A stretch of 64,000 bases of DNA from contig NC_086108.1 in assembly GCF_963921235.1 (NCBI RefSeq), positions 46,254,001 to 46,318,000 of the forward strand. Reading direction: 5' to 3'. Each line of letters opens with the position of its first letter. Positions within the stretch are counted from its first letter, which is position 1. The notes below the pieces were generated by a model, which searched no databases, was not told the DNA's origin, and saw only the letters and a list, made by a program, of their open reading frames with translations. Below, one piece after another: positions 12,390 to 25,414 of this stretch. Position numbers and translations under genes: made by a program. The DNA comes from Mobula hypostoma. Lineage: Eukaryota.

Positions 12390-13095
12390 GTAGTGGAAAA
12401 GATCAGTGGTTCAAGTTCCTGGATAGCAACATCTCAGAGAACCTATTCTGAGCACAGCATATAGATACAACTGTAAAGAAGACCTTCCAATATCTCTACT
12501 TTCTTGGAGTTTAAGGATATTCAGCATGTCTTTGAAAACTCTGGTGCATTCTTGATGATGTACAGTAGAGAGCATTCTGACTGGCTCCATCATGGCCAGG
12601 TATGGAGACTCCAATTCACGGAAATGCAAGAGGCTACAGAAAGTAAAGGACTCAGCCAGTGGGTTAAAACTCTTCTTATCATTGAAGGCATCTACAAGAG
12701 ACGACATCTCAGGAAGCTGGCATCCATCTTCGTGGACCGCATCATCTGGACCATGCCCTCCCTCATCTTTATGGTGCCAAAAGGCCAGAGGTACAAGAGC
12801 CTGAAGGTGCATACCTGAAAGTTCAACAACTACTTCTTCCCGACTTCCATCAGGCTCTTGAACTGACCTGAAAAACTCTAAACCTTACCTAGAATATTTA
12901 TTTTTCTTCTCAATTTGAATGAGTGTCATTATGTTTATTTCTGTCGTATATGTACAGTATAATGTATTTTAATTCAAGCTTATGCTAACTTATGTTTGTC
13001 ACATTTGTAATCTACTAGGCTGCTACTACAGAAAGCTAATTTTTATGGCATTTATAGATTGTGTATGTGTGCCTGTGACAATAAACAAAGTTGAA
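12390..13095 (+). mobile_element. Rex1/Babar-type LINE 3' fragment (decayed)
   Basis: Same 3' motifs (ttcaagttcctgg, tacagtagagagcattctgactggc, gtgacaataaac). Confidence 0.8.
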
Positions 13096-13614
13096 AGATG
13101 CATCTATTTTAATCTGCTGTGTCAGACAAGGAAAATCTGATATTAATGCATAATTTGTGGCTGAAACCTTGAGCTGAGTTAGGTCTGTTATGTGTAATGT
13201 CTTCAAGCAGCAGGGGTACAGAGAAATAAACAATGATACCAATGTTTGTACTGGGCAGAAGATATTGATCATACACTACAGATGTAAGAGGGAAAACTGA
13301 AAGTCTTTGTAAGCCTCTAGACACAATGTTAATTTTGAATTTCAACATGAGAAGCAATATGTGAACAAGGATGAACATCTACAAACGTTTTAGATGGTCA
13401 AGCCATTTACCAAAAGAATGCAATTATTATCCTTTTCTTATGATCTCATCTAATTATATCAAGATCATCTTGGCTAAGTTGCTCACAGAAATAGGTTGAC
13501 AGGCGTGAATCCTTGACCCTGCTCAGTCAGATGAAGCTAAAGAGTACACATAACTAAACTGTGCCCTGGCAAATCGAACTCTAAAGCAAGGTGAGAGTTA
13601 TCAGTTTATCAGTT

Positions 13615-14255
13615 TTGGGTAGTTAAGAAAGCTTATGGGGTGTTAGCTTTCATAGGTCGAGGGATAGAGTTTAAGAGTCGCGATGTAATGATGCAGCTCT
13701 ATAAAACTCTGGTTAGGCCACACTTGGAGTATTGTGTCCAGTTCTGGTCACCTCACTATAGGAAGGATGTGGAAGCATTGGGAAGGGTACAGAGGAGATT
13801 TACCAGGATGCTGCCTGGTTTAGAGAGTATGCATTATCATCAGAGATTAAGGGAGCTAGGGCTTTACTCTTTGGAGAGAAGGAGGATGAGAGGAGACATG
13901 ATAGAGGTGTACAAGATAATAAGAGGAATAGATAGAGTGGATAGCCAGCGCCTCTTCCCCAGGGCACCACTGCTCAATACAAGAGGACATGGCTTTAAGG
14001 TAAGGGGTGGGAAGTTCAAGGGGGATATTAGAGGAAGGTTTTTTATTCAGAGAGTGGTTGGTGCGTGGAATGCACTGCCTGAGTCAGTGGTGGAGGCAGA
14101 TACACTAGTGAAGTTTAAGAGACTACTAGACAGGTATATGGAGGAATCTAAGGTGGGGGCTTATATGGGAGGCAGGGTTTGAGTGTCGGCACAACATTGT
14201 GGGCTGAAGGGCCTGTACTGTGCTGTACTATTCTATGTTCTATGTTCTATGTTCT
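13615..14255 (+). mobile_element. Young CR1 LINE 3' end, 5'-truncated
   Basis: Uninterrupted ORF 13640-14182 (LYKTLVRPHLEYCVQFWSP...WNALP) and (TTCTATG)n tail at 14231-14255. Confidence 0.95.
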
Positions 14256-15385
14256 AAACAATTTGATTTTTCCCAGATACAGTACAAATTCAGGGGGCAT
14301 TTATAAGTTAAAAAAAAGATGACCAGAACCTTAATTATATGAGATTGACCTAAAGACTCTCACTTGTTAATGAGAATGAGCACCATTAAGAAGCTGAATA
14401 ATGATGTTACAGACTATTATAGCTCAGTGTTTGCTGGGAAGCTACATCAGCTCCTGTAGAGCAATGAATAACTGAATTGCTGAATCAATAAGAAGGCAAC
14501 ATCCAATATACCTAAGGAAAATACATGTCCAATCTTAATCTGTTTCTTTCTTCCAGACTCTCTTCAAACTGATGAAACGGAAAACAAATACGTAGGTCTG
14601 TGATATATAGAGTTAATTGGTTTACTGTGCCAATGTGCAGAAGTGTATGAAGTGAAACACTAAGGGAAGATCCCATAAATTGTTATCACAGGAAAAGCCT
14701 GACTACCTGAAACATTAAATTCAGTTTGGCATCTATATAATGCCTTAGGGTATCTTTAAGACCAATGAGGCACATCTGTCTTGGAGTTCTGTATTCCTCA
14801 TGTGTTTGAAGCTTTCATGGTAGCAAACAACCTAATTCTCTTCAGAACATCATTCAAATCACAATGTTTCTTTTCCTTGCACTTCTCTCATAATTAGAAG
14901 GAGAAATAGGTTTTCCTACACTGTCTATGGCTTTGTTGCAATTTTCTTTCTTTCAGTTGTTTGTCTTCAGGCTTTATCTTCTAACTAATTTTCTAGTGTG
15001 TGCTACTTTATTCTCATGTCGCATTTCAGGGGTGGTGACTACTCTTTGGTGCCTCTGTAAATGTGGAGCCTAATCAGTAATTGTCAGCTTTTTCCCCGAT
15101 CCTGTCACAAACACCTCACTAGAGATCACTAGATATTACATGGACATGGCATCTGCTCATTCATTTCTCTCCTACATGCTAGTGATCAGGCACATTTTAG
15201 CACAATAGCTCAACAGAGATTAGGAATTCTATTATAGAATAGGAATAGGGATTGAATTTGGGTCTTTTTGCTCAGCTATATGTGTATTTAAGATGCCAGC
15301 TTTGACTATTCTGTCACGCTAATAAGGATTCTTAATTTTAACATCAATCACAGAGAAAAAAGAGATGGATATTAAGAAATACATA

Positions 15386-17192
15386 CAGTGGTATGCAAAA
15401 GTTTGGGCACCCCTGGTCAAAATTTCTGTTACTGTGAGTAGCTAAGTGAGTAAAAGATGACCTGATTTCCAAAAGGCATAAAGTTAAAGATGACACATTT
15501 CTTTAATATTTTAAGCAAGATTACTTTTTTATTTCCATCTTTTACAGTTTCAAAATAACAAAAAAGGAAAAGGACCTGAAGCAAAAGTTTGGGCACCCCT
15601 GGTCAAAATTTCTGTTACTGTGAATAGCTAAGCGAGTAAAAGATTACCTGATTTCCAAAAGGCATAAAGTTAAAGATGACACATTTCTTTATTATTTTAA
15701 GCAAGATTACTTTTTTGTTTCCATCTTTTACAGTTTCAAAATAACCAGAAAGGAAAAGGGCCTGAAGCAAAAGTTTGGGCACCCTGCATGGTCAGTACTT
15801 AGTAACACCCCCTTTGGCAAGTATCACAGCTTGTAAATGCTTTCTGTAGCCAGCTAAGAGTCTTACAATTCTTGTTTGGAGGATTTTCACCCAGTCTTCC
15901 TTGCAAAAGTCTTCTAGTTCTGTGAGATTCTTGGGCCATCTTGCATGCACTGCTCTTTTGAGGTCTATCCACAGATCTTCAATGATGTTTAGGTTGTGGG
16001 ACTGTAAGGGTCATGGCAAAACCTTCAGCTTGCACCTCTTGAGGTAGTGCATTGTGGATTTTGCAATGTGTTTAGGATCATTATCCTGTTAGAGCAGCCA
16101 TCCTCTTTTCATCTTCATCTTTTTTATAGACAGTGTGATGTTTGCTTCTAGTATTTGCTGGTATTTAATTGAATTCATTCTTCCCTCTACCAGTGAAATG
16201 TTCCCTGTGCCACTGGCTGCAACACAAGCCCAAAGCATGATCGATCAACCCCCGTGCTTAACAGTTGGAGAGGTGTTCTTTTCATGAAATTCTGCACCCT
16301 CTTTTCTCCAAACATACCTTTGCTCATTGCAGCCAAAAAGTTCTATTTTAACTTCATCAGTCCACAGGACTTGTTTCCAAAATGCATCAGGCTTGTTTAG
16401 ATGTCCCTTTGAAAAGTTCTGATGCTGAATTTTGTGGTGAGGATGTAGGAAAGGTTTTCTTCTGATGACTCTTCCATGAAGATCATATTTGTGCTGGTGT
16501 CGCTGCCCAGTAGAACAGTGCACCATCACTCCAGTCTGCTAAATCTTCCTGAAGGTCTTTTGCAGTCAAACGGGGGTTTTGATTTGCCTTTCTAGCAATC
16601 CTACGAGCAGTTCTCTCAGAAAGTTTTCTTGGTCTTCTAGACCTCAACTTGACCTCCACTGTTCCTGTTAACTGCCATTTCTTAATTACATTACAAACTG
16701 AGGAAACGGCTACCTGAAAATACTTTGCTATCTTCTTATAGCCTTCTCCTGCTTTGTGGGCATCATTTATTTTAATTTTCAGAGTGCTAGGCAGCTGCTT
16801 AGAGGAGCCCATGGCTGCTGATTGTTGGGACAAGGTTTTAGGAGTCAGGATATTTATAAAGCTTTGAAATTTGCATCACTTGGCCTTTCCTAACGATGAT
16901 TGTGAACAAGCCATAGCTCTAACAAGCTAATTAAGGTCTGAGACCTTGGTAAAAGTTACCTGAGAGCACAAATCTCTTGGGGTGCCCAAACTTTTGCATG
17001 GTTCTCCTTTCCTTTTTTTCACTCTAAAATTGTACAAAACAAAAATAATACACTAATCTTGCTTAAAATGCTGAAAAGAATGTTTCATCTTTCACTTTAT
17101 GACTTTTGGAGATCAGTTCATTTTCTACTCACTTAACTATTCACAGTAACAGAAATTTTGACCAGGGTTGCCAAAACTTTTGCATGCCACTG
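15386..17192 (-). mobile_element. Tc1/mariner DNA transposon (IR/DR type), transposase disrupted
   Basis: TA target duplication (15384-85 / 17193-94); TIRs CAGTGGTATGCAAAAGTTTGGGCACC / GGTTGCCAAAACTTTTGCATGCCACTG; transposase ~16812-15793 (HTH: GEGYKKIAK...; VLWTDEVKIELFG, TVKHGG) with frameshifts. Confidence 0.95.
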
Positions 17193-18241
17193 TATTGGAG
17201 AAGAATACTTTTTATTTTAATGTTATCTTTTTCCATGCTAGAGACAATGATTTACTATATTAGAGGCACTTTATACATGGAAGTTCTACATGTTCGAATA
17301 CAGTTTCATTTTTACATGTCAGCTAAGCAAGCAAATGACTAAAACAAGGAAGTTAATTCTATCAATATTTTATGCATTTAAAATAGCATCTATAAAACTG
17401 ATCCTTAATAATTAAGTGCAGGGGATATAAACATTGCTATTTTCTTCCAGCTACCATTGGAAACTCTGAAAATTGCAACATCATATTTAAACACAATCTT
17501 TGTTCATAGCTTTAAATGATAACATTATTTGGTACTTCAATATTTTAATCCATTTATTCTGTTCAGGTGATCAATATAACAAAAAGCCTCATATCATTTG
17601 TGAAGAAGAGACATCTCAAGCTTTCCAATTTTGTCTGGTTCAGCCTTGTATTTGCTACTTTCTCTGTGATCTGTAATTAAGCAAACAAATTTGTTACTAT
17701 TTTTAGCATAGCATTTTAAACATGATGCTCACATTTCTTGAGAAGACCTCAGTAACTGTCATCTAACAGTGCTGTCTGTTAATTGTTTATATATATAAAA
17801 TTATTTGTGGTTCTCCATTGTTAAAATTTAAAGAAAAAAATTACATTGCAAAGAAAGTCAAATTGTACTTTTTCCAGAATATATTTCTCAAGTGATCACA
17901 GAGTTCTTTCCATTTATAGCGTTTGATGTTGAAATGACTAATTCCTTAACAAAGTTAATTATGAAACAAAGTACTTTGTTTTCATAGGAGAGCATGTCTT
18001 TCTGGGGCAGTTTCCCAGGATTAATCACTTTGGCCTTAAAAACAGGTAACTGATTTGAAGTTCTCAGATACTGATCTAAAGAAGTGCTGAACACTATTGG
18101 CTCAAACGATCATTTCTTTTAACAGATTTAAGAATCAAGACAATAATAAGGTGTAAATAGGGGAATGGCAATATAAATAAAATACTACCATTTTTTCACC
18201 AGGCATCTTAAGTGGAGATATACAGACAAATCATCATTACC

Positions 18242-18267
18242 TTACAGTGACAAACGTTCATTCTTTG
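18242..18267 (-). CDS. Selectin cytoplasmic-tail exon with stop codon: (A)KNERLSL*
   Basis: Strong acceptor ttctgcttttgctttccag; phase 1 matches the TM exon; TAA at 18244-18242 followed by G|gtaatg donor. Confidence 0.7.
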
Positions 18268-18506
18268 CTGGAAAGCAAAAGCAGAAATAGATACCAATTA
18301 TTATTTAAAAACAGCTCAAAAACCAGGATCCCCTCATTGACTCTTCTACATTTGGGAAAGCAGCCAACATTATCAATAAACCCTCCCACCCCAATCGCTT
18401 CTCTCCTCTTCCATTCCATACAAAAGCTTGAAAGCTCAAGAACAGCTACTGTCTCACTGTTGAAAGATTCCTCAAGGCCTTTAATATGATAAAGATGAAC
18501 TTTGCA

Positions 18507-20494
18507 TTAGTAGCATATTTAAGAACGATGACCCACAAAGTAACTCTTTAACTGAATACTCTACATTACCACAGGAAGTTCATAAAGCATCAGTGTTTTA
18601 TAAAATGTTCAAGCACTCTGTGGGTGAATCGTGTAACAATCTCAAAGCAGTATGGCAGAAGGATCTTGAAAGCGATATTGAAGATAATGAGTGGTCAAAT
18701 ACTTTATCAAATGTGGGTAGACATATTAGGGAAGCGAGAGGGAAATTTATTCAGTATAAGATAGCACACAGATATTATTGGACAACAACTAGACTGTACA
18801 AAATGGGGATTGTTGATAATAATTTATGCTGGAAATGTGAAAATGAGGTGGGCACATATTTTCACATGATTTGGGAGTGTTCCATGGTTCGTCCATTTTG
18901 GTGTATAAAGTTCTTGATCTGTTGGGGAATTGGTCGGGTTCCACACTGCCCTTGTGCCCACGGCTTTGTCTCTTGGGTGATAGGACAATGATACCTAATG
19001 TAAACAATGACAAATTTACTATTTTAAAGGTGGGTCTCATCACAGTTACAAGAATTATATTGCAAAACTGGAAAAAAACCAGATGTCCCACTGTGAAGGA
19101 ATGGACTGAGGAAATGATTAAGATTTCATCATATGAACGCATGTTGGGAAGAATTAACAGAGAGGGAAAAGTGCAAGACAGGTAGGATCAATTTTGGTTG
19201 TATGTGTCATAAGGGGGGCATTGATGGTGGACCCAAATGCAAGACACAGACACTGAAGTACTAGGAACAGGACTAGGTGTGCCAAGAAAGCAAGTGAAGT
19301 GGGGAAGAAATGACACTGGACAAGACTAGGATATAGGGTCTGGGCTAGGACTAGACTAGGAAAGCGGGACCTGGACGAGGAACAAGGAACTTGGAACCTG
19401 GACAAGGACTCCGAGCCAGAGACTGGACAGGGACCCGGAACCTGGGTCTTGACTCGGGCTCAGACTCCGGATCTAAGCGAGGACAAGACGTGGCAAGGCA
19501 ACAGGACTGGACGTGGCGGTAGGACGCGGGACTCCTGGGCAGGATGCAGGACCAGAACAGGATGAGGACACGAAGCTAAGACTTGGACTTGGGAGACAGG
19601 GACGCAGAACACCGAGCCTTGGTAATCTTGGGAGACAGGAAAGCAGAACACCGAGCCTTGGTAATCTTGGGAGACAGGAAAGCAGGGACATGGAACACAG
19701 AGCCGGGACCCCTCCTTGGGAACAGGACTTAGGGCTGGGACTCGTACACGGAACACAGAGACAGGACCCCTCCTTGGGAACAGGACTTGGGGCCAGGGCT
19801 CCACACGGAGTCAGGACCCCTCCTAGGGAGCAGGACATAGGGCCGGGACTTGTACACAGAACACAGAGAGACAGTTCCCAACCAAGGTAGTGGCAAAGGC
19901 TGGACCTACCTAGCAAAGGCGTGGACACAGAGACGGTTCCCAACACAAGGTAGCGGCAAATGGCCGGACCTACCTAGTGAAGGTGTGGGCACAGAGACAG
20001 TTCCAAACAACGATAGGCAGTTCCTTATCTAGACATTAGACACAGCTAGGCTCCGGTCTTGCTTCAGCGGTAGAATTTGACAGCGATACAGGTGAGGACA
20101 CAGGCAAGAGTTCAGGCAAAGGTTGCAGGCAAGGCTTCAGGAGAAAGGTGAGGGGAAGAGAAGGGAAGAGTCCAGTAGCCAGAGGCTGAATCCTGAAGCT
20201 ATTTATGAAGCCAGCCCAAATGAGAATCAGGTGGCTCAACGGAAACTGGGGAAAACTGGAAAACCTGGAATAAGATATGATGGACCGGACTGTGAACCGG
20301 AATGCGGACTTCACGGACCGGACCATGACAGTACGTTAATTTAAACTTAAATTAGAACTTCTTTCTGTCTCTAAGTTTTATTTCTTTTCCTGTCATGGGA
20401 TGGCTGTGTAAATTTGCTGCACTGTATCTGCTCTGTGATATGCTGTGCTGCTTGTAAAATAAGAATAAATAACAATAAAAATTTGAATTAAAAA
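18507..20494 (+). mobile_element. L1-clade LINE 3' fragment with poly(A) tail, interrupted by a solo LTR
   Basis: ORF2 C-terminus with CCHC motif (LCWKCENEVGTYFHMIWEC); AATAAA plus A-tail ending at 20497; ~16-bp TSD AAAGATG(A/T)ACTTTGCA (18491-18506 / 20495-20510); inserted into a Rex 3' fragment. Confidence 0.85.
19205..20330 (-). mobile_element. Solo LTR (1126 bp) with internal tandem repeats; same family as 46990-48010
   Basis: TGTCA...TGACA termini; 5-bp TSD GTATG/GTACG; internal 39-bp and ~55-bp direct repeats. Confidence 0.85.
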
Positions 20495-20731
20495 AAAGAT
20501 GTACTTTGCAATTTACCTCATTGTAGCCCTTTGCACCTCATTGTCTTTCTGCACTGCCCTTTCTCAGTAGCTGTCACACTATATTCTGCATTGTACCTTG
20601 ATGTACTTACATTTTGAAACAGTCTGTTTCAATAGCATGTGGAACAGTTTTTCATTGTATCTCAGTATATGTGACAATAATAAACCAATTACATCTCATT
20701 TGAATGACAACTGAATTGCTGAGTTTGCTTG

Positions 20732-21620
20732 TGTTACATACCCCGTCTTATGACCATGATGTAATGGTTTTGTGATGGTGGGGTGATATAATTTTCCCGC
20801 CAGCGTGCAGTCACATGATGTAATTTTCCCACCGATGTGAGGTCATGTGATGACATGTTCACAACAGGTATAAAAGAGAGACCCCTGGTGTGATGCAGTT
20901 AGTTTCAGTTGAGTTGTTGCTTGCTTCATTAGTTACTCCGTTATGCTGCATATTCGTCTCATGACGCAGTTTCGTTTTAAAGTGGAGTTCTACTTCCTAT
21001 TGTAAGGTAAAATCGTTGTGCCGGCAGTTTCACGAATCGTTGCCAGCTTTGTTGGTGTATCTTTGATTTACCTTTACAGTAGTATTGAAGAGTGAAAACC
21101 TTATTAAAGGACGGGAACCTGAAGGATCGGAATAAAGTTGGAGTCGTTCGGTGGTTTAATGAAGGATCGACTTTATTGAGGATTAATTCAGAATATGGTG
21201 ACCTGTATCTGAGATAACTTCTGCAAGAGCAGGGAAGGTTGTACAGTGTTCACTCTCCAGGAAAAGGTCAGTTCCTTTAAGCCGTTTTATTTCCTTCGTC
21301 GTGAATCCTTTGGAGAATCCGCAGTAACTCCATGTCTTTGAAGAAATCCGTTTCCAAAGAAGTCCCTCCTTATTGACTGTGTAAGTCACTTGGACTTTTG
21401 AATTTACCATTTTAAGACTGTTCGAATTCACCACTTTAAGAACTGCTTTCGAATTTATCCTTTTAAAAACTGTTCCAGAGTGGCCGTATAGCAGTTAACT
21501 TCCGGTTAAGTTAGTCGTCTGAATACTTTTCACTATTGTTGAGGAGAGTTTAATAAATGTTTGTTTGTTTTTTATAAAACCTGACTCCATTGATAATTCA
21601 TTGTTGTCGGTCACGTGACA
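20732..21620 (+). mobile_element. Solo LTR (889 bp)
   Basis: TGTTAC...GTGACA termini; 4-bp TSD CTTG (20728-31 / 21621-24); TATAAAA near 20869 and AATAAA near 21553. Confidence 0.85.
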
Positions 21621-22199
21621 CTTGCCATGATAGAAAATGCTGGTTGTACTCAGCAGGTTGACCAGTGGGGAGCAAAATAAGAGCTAACATTTAAGATTAT
21701 CTGAACGAAAGTTCAGAGACTTTCTATCAACTTCTAAGTTTTAATGGCCGTCGGTTGGGAACTGATTTATTACGGTAGATAATCCTGGTTATGCTATGAA
21801 CAAATGAGAAATTGCAAAGCAGACTGAGCAAGTGAAGCTTGGACCTTATTCTGTATATTTCACAGAATAAAATATCCTAAATGAAGGTTATGCCATGTTT
21901 CTCTTTCAGTTTTTACAAAACAAAGAAAGATCAGGGAATCTGTCCATTCACTTATTTCCATTTTACTTGTGTTCTACAACATGAAAACATTTGGTATTAA
22001 GAGTCAGGACTGAACTTGCTTTATTCATTAATTGATCATAATAATTTCAGCTATCAAACTCCATTCTGGACAGGAGGTCCAATCAATTGTTTTTAAATTA
22101 CAAATGCTGATGCTTATAGGTTGCTAATTATCAACAACTGTTCACAAGTGTGAAGTTTAGGCTTTGATAGGACCGCTCAGTTCCAGACCTCCTTTCAAT

Positions 22200-23120
22200 C
22201 CTGGCCCAAATATAACAAAAGAATTGAATGCCAGAGGTGAATTACTGTTCTTGATTTCATCCCACATCTGGTTCAATGTGACTCAATGAACCCTGGCAAA
22301 ATGTACGTCAATGGAACTTGAGGAAAAAACTCTTCAGTTGGTGTATTCATATCCTTGCACTAAATTCAGAAGTAACAATGTTCACTTATCATTGTGCAAT
22401 ATTCGATCTGATTTTCAGCTTCCCAGTAAATGCAAAAGCCTTTGCCTGCATGCAACAAAACCTGAACAACATTCATAGATAGGCTGAAAATTGGTTAGGA
22501 ATATTTGCCTTGCACAAGTGCCAAACAATAATCATCTTCAATATGAGAAACTCTACCCTCAACATTCATTAGCATTAATATCTACTGCGGCCCACTATTC
22601 TGATGTTCACTGCTGACCAGAAACCTAAATAGATTCATTACCTCAATATTGTGACTGCAAAAATACAAAGGCTGGGTATCCTGGCACCCCAGGATCTTTC
22701 TGCTAACCATAAAGGTCACAGCAGAATTGTGATGAAACACTCTCCCTTTGTCCAACTCCAGCCACACTTAAGTAGCTTGATGCCATCCTGCACAAAACTA
22801 TCCATTTGATTGGCATGCAATACATCATTCTAAACATTTACTCCATCTATCAGAGCTCTGTAATTATTTATCAGGTCTACTGCAATAATACCGCTCAGTT
22901 GTATGACCTCAGGCACCAAAAAGGGCAAGATCAACAGGACTTGTCACTGGGTCTAAACCCTGACAACTTCCTATCCAATGCCACTGTTAGAATACCTTCA
23001 TCAGAGGGATTGCAGAAGTTCAAGAAAGTGGCTTGCCATCACTTTCTCAAGGGCCATTAGAAATCAGCAACAAATGCTGGCCTTGACACTGGAATCTTCA
23101 GTGAATAATTGAATAAATAA
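22200..23120 (+). mobile_element. Ancient LINE (CR1/L2-like) remnant
   Basis: Degenerate 3' motifs (gattgcagaagttcaagaaagtggcttgccatcactttctcaagggc). Confidence 0.5.
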
Positions 23121-23334
23121 AGAAAATACCTCTCAGATTCCACTCAAAAGAATAGACTGAGATAATTTCGTATAACATTGATCTTGCACAGAAACTAGAC
23201 ACTGTTGCTACAGAAAAGGAACAAACTGATGCTAAGATAATAAATGCTTTAGGGTGCTAATTCTTGGCATAACTAACTTGGATGAACATTTAGATGTTGT
23301 ACTGGAGAGTGCCATGCATAAAATCCTCATGATC

Positions 23335-23835
23335 ACCGGGCGCTCTGTCTGCAGGGCTGATCTTGAACTTCCTATTGCATCGCACTTTAATTCTCCATCT
23401 CACTCCTACTCTGGCATGTCTGTCTGTGACCCCTTCCACAGCCATTATGAGGGTCCACATAAACTAGAGAAGCAATATCTTATGTTCTGTCCAGACAGTT
23501 TGCAACCTTCTGGAATGGACACTGAATTTTCCAGCTTCAGGTAAACTGTTCTCTCATTCTTTCCCATTGTTCTGCTTAAGTCCTTTCTTCATTTCTTTTC
23601 TATAAAATGGTTCCCTAATGGCCAGTGCTCATGCCAGTCTCCATATGGTTTTCTGTCTTACACTTCATTCCTCCTCACAGTTCAGCTTTGAAAACTGACA
23701 ACTCTCTTTTCCTCCCCCAGTTCTGAGGAAGGATTCCTGACTAGAAGCACTAACTGGTCTCTCTTCCACAGATGCTGCTTGACTAGCTGAGTTCTTTCAG
23801 GATTTTCTGTTTTCGTTTAAGGTTCCTGCATCTGT
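23335..23835 (+). mobile_element. Penelope-like element 3' remnant (GIY-YIG endonuclease C-terminus plus degenerate hammerhead)
   Basis: ELPIASHFNSPSHS...HKLEKQYLMF...LQPSGMDTEFSSFR*, then CTGAGGAAGG...CTAGAAGC...CAGATGCTGC. Confidence 0.75.
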
Positions 23836-24710
23836 TTAATTTGTTTTCTCCCTGGAATGCTCATCAACAGGTCCAAAAACAAAGGGTCATTGTTATCTAA
23901 GTTCAATTTGGACAACGTTGTCTGGTGAGTGGAATGAGGCAGTTTGAGGCAAAACTCTAGAACTTGCTGCTCAATAAGCTTTTTGTAATGGGGCCAGATT
24001 TCTCCTTTAGATTTAGTAGACCACCTGAAGTTACTGTCCTATTGGAATGCATATGTTCTAAGTTTATTTCTGAGATTGGTTGGCCATTCCAAACTAGGGG
24101 GGTATTTTAATATGTTAAGTTTTAAATATTACACACAACCTGCCTAAACCCAAAATGAACTTTGACAAAATGGATCTCAATGTTTCAGCAAAATATAGTT
24201 GGAGATTGGAGGTAAATGTGATAATTCAGTATTCAGTCTTCAAACTGTTTTTCTTTCTTTTGCACCTCCCTTTCTCTCACTCAATACTTTCTTTCCCCTA
24301 TTAATTTTGTTTCTTACACTTGATTGGACAGTATTGTGTCTTCTAGATCTGACTCTGTGCACCGCAGTACAAATTCTTCAGTCCAATAGCTACACCATTG
24401 CTTGCCATATTCTCATAGGTCCAGGTGCTGTGCACAGGGTAGTGGTATTTTTGGGCGTACTAACAACAGTTTGCTCTAGGAACCCCCTCCAAGCCACATG
24501 GGAGGCTAATAAACCAGAGATTCTAATAGCAAAACCCCAGCTATGTAAATTGAGTTACACCAGCTATGAAGCACTGAAACGTGGCCTGGTTAGCTCTGAA
24601 TACAGTTATTTGTGCTCTCCTACTTACATTAACAGCCCCAGTGCAAACTCAAGATGGTGTGTATTGCTAGCTCAATAAAGAACAGAATAGAGAAAGTTTA
24701 GGAGGCTTAC

Positions 24711-24821
24711 CTTTTCTTCGATGCAGTTTAATTAAATATCCGATAAAAGGCAGGGAAAGTAAAGCCGAGGCCCCTCCAGTGCCAATGGCCACCTTGGTTA
24801 CAAATTGGTTTTGCTGTATAT
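24711..24821 (-). CDS. Selectin transmembrane exon: (D)IQQNQFVTKVAIGTGGASALLSLPFIGYLIKLHRRK
   Basis: 111 bp, phase 1-1, acceptor tctctttattttactctag, donor gtaagc; hydrophobic stretch followed by basic stop-transfer residues. Not in the ORF track. Confidence 0.85.
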
Positions 24822-25414
24822 CTAGAGTAAAATAAAGAGATATGATGTGGGACTGTGCAGACCGAACAGAAAAGTCAGGACTCAGCTGTTGATTAAAAAA
24901 ATCAAGTCAAAATAAATGGTTGCTCCTGCCGCATAAATTATTAGAAATAAGGGTCTGATTACTACCAGAAAACAAAGGTAATAAATAATGCTGGTGGACA
25001 ATCAGAATTGTATTGCAGAGTAGAAATAGCAAGTACATAGGACTTAGAACAGTGCAGCACAGGGACAGGCCCTATGGTCATGATGCTGTGCCAAGCAATA
25101 TAAACCTACTCCACAACCTTCTAACCCTTCCCATTTTTCTTGCATCCCTGTGGTACAGGACATACATTTAAATTGAGAGGGGGAATGTTTAAAGAAGACG
25201 TAAGGAATTTATTTTTGCACAAAGAGCGAAGGCTTCCTGTGTTGCACTGTGAGATATGGTGGATGGATGCAGATATGACAGAGGCGGTTAGACAGACACA
25301 GAATAGGTAAGGAATGCAGGGATGTGGATTATGTACAAGTTGTTTAATTTTGCATTGTGCTTGGCACAGGCATTGTGTGGGGCAAAGTCATTGTTCCTGA
25401 GCTGTACTGTTCTA

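Noticed and set aside
19460..19946. Repetitive Pro/Cys/Gly-rich ORFs on both strands
   Set aside because: They arise from internal tandem repeats of a solo LTR
24199..24678. 159-aa hydrophobic plus-strand ORF
   Set aside because: Non-ATG start, no recognisable domain, hydrophobicity explained by T-rich intron sequence antisense to the selectin
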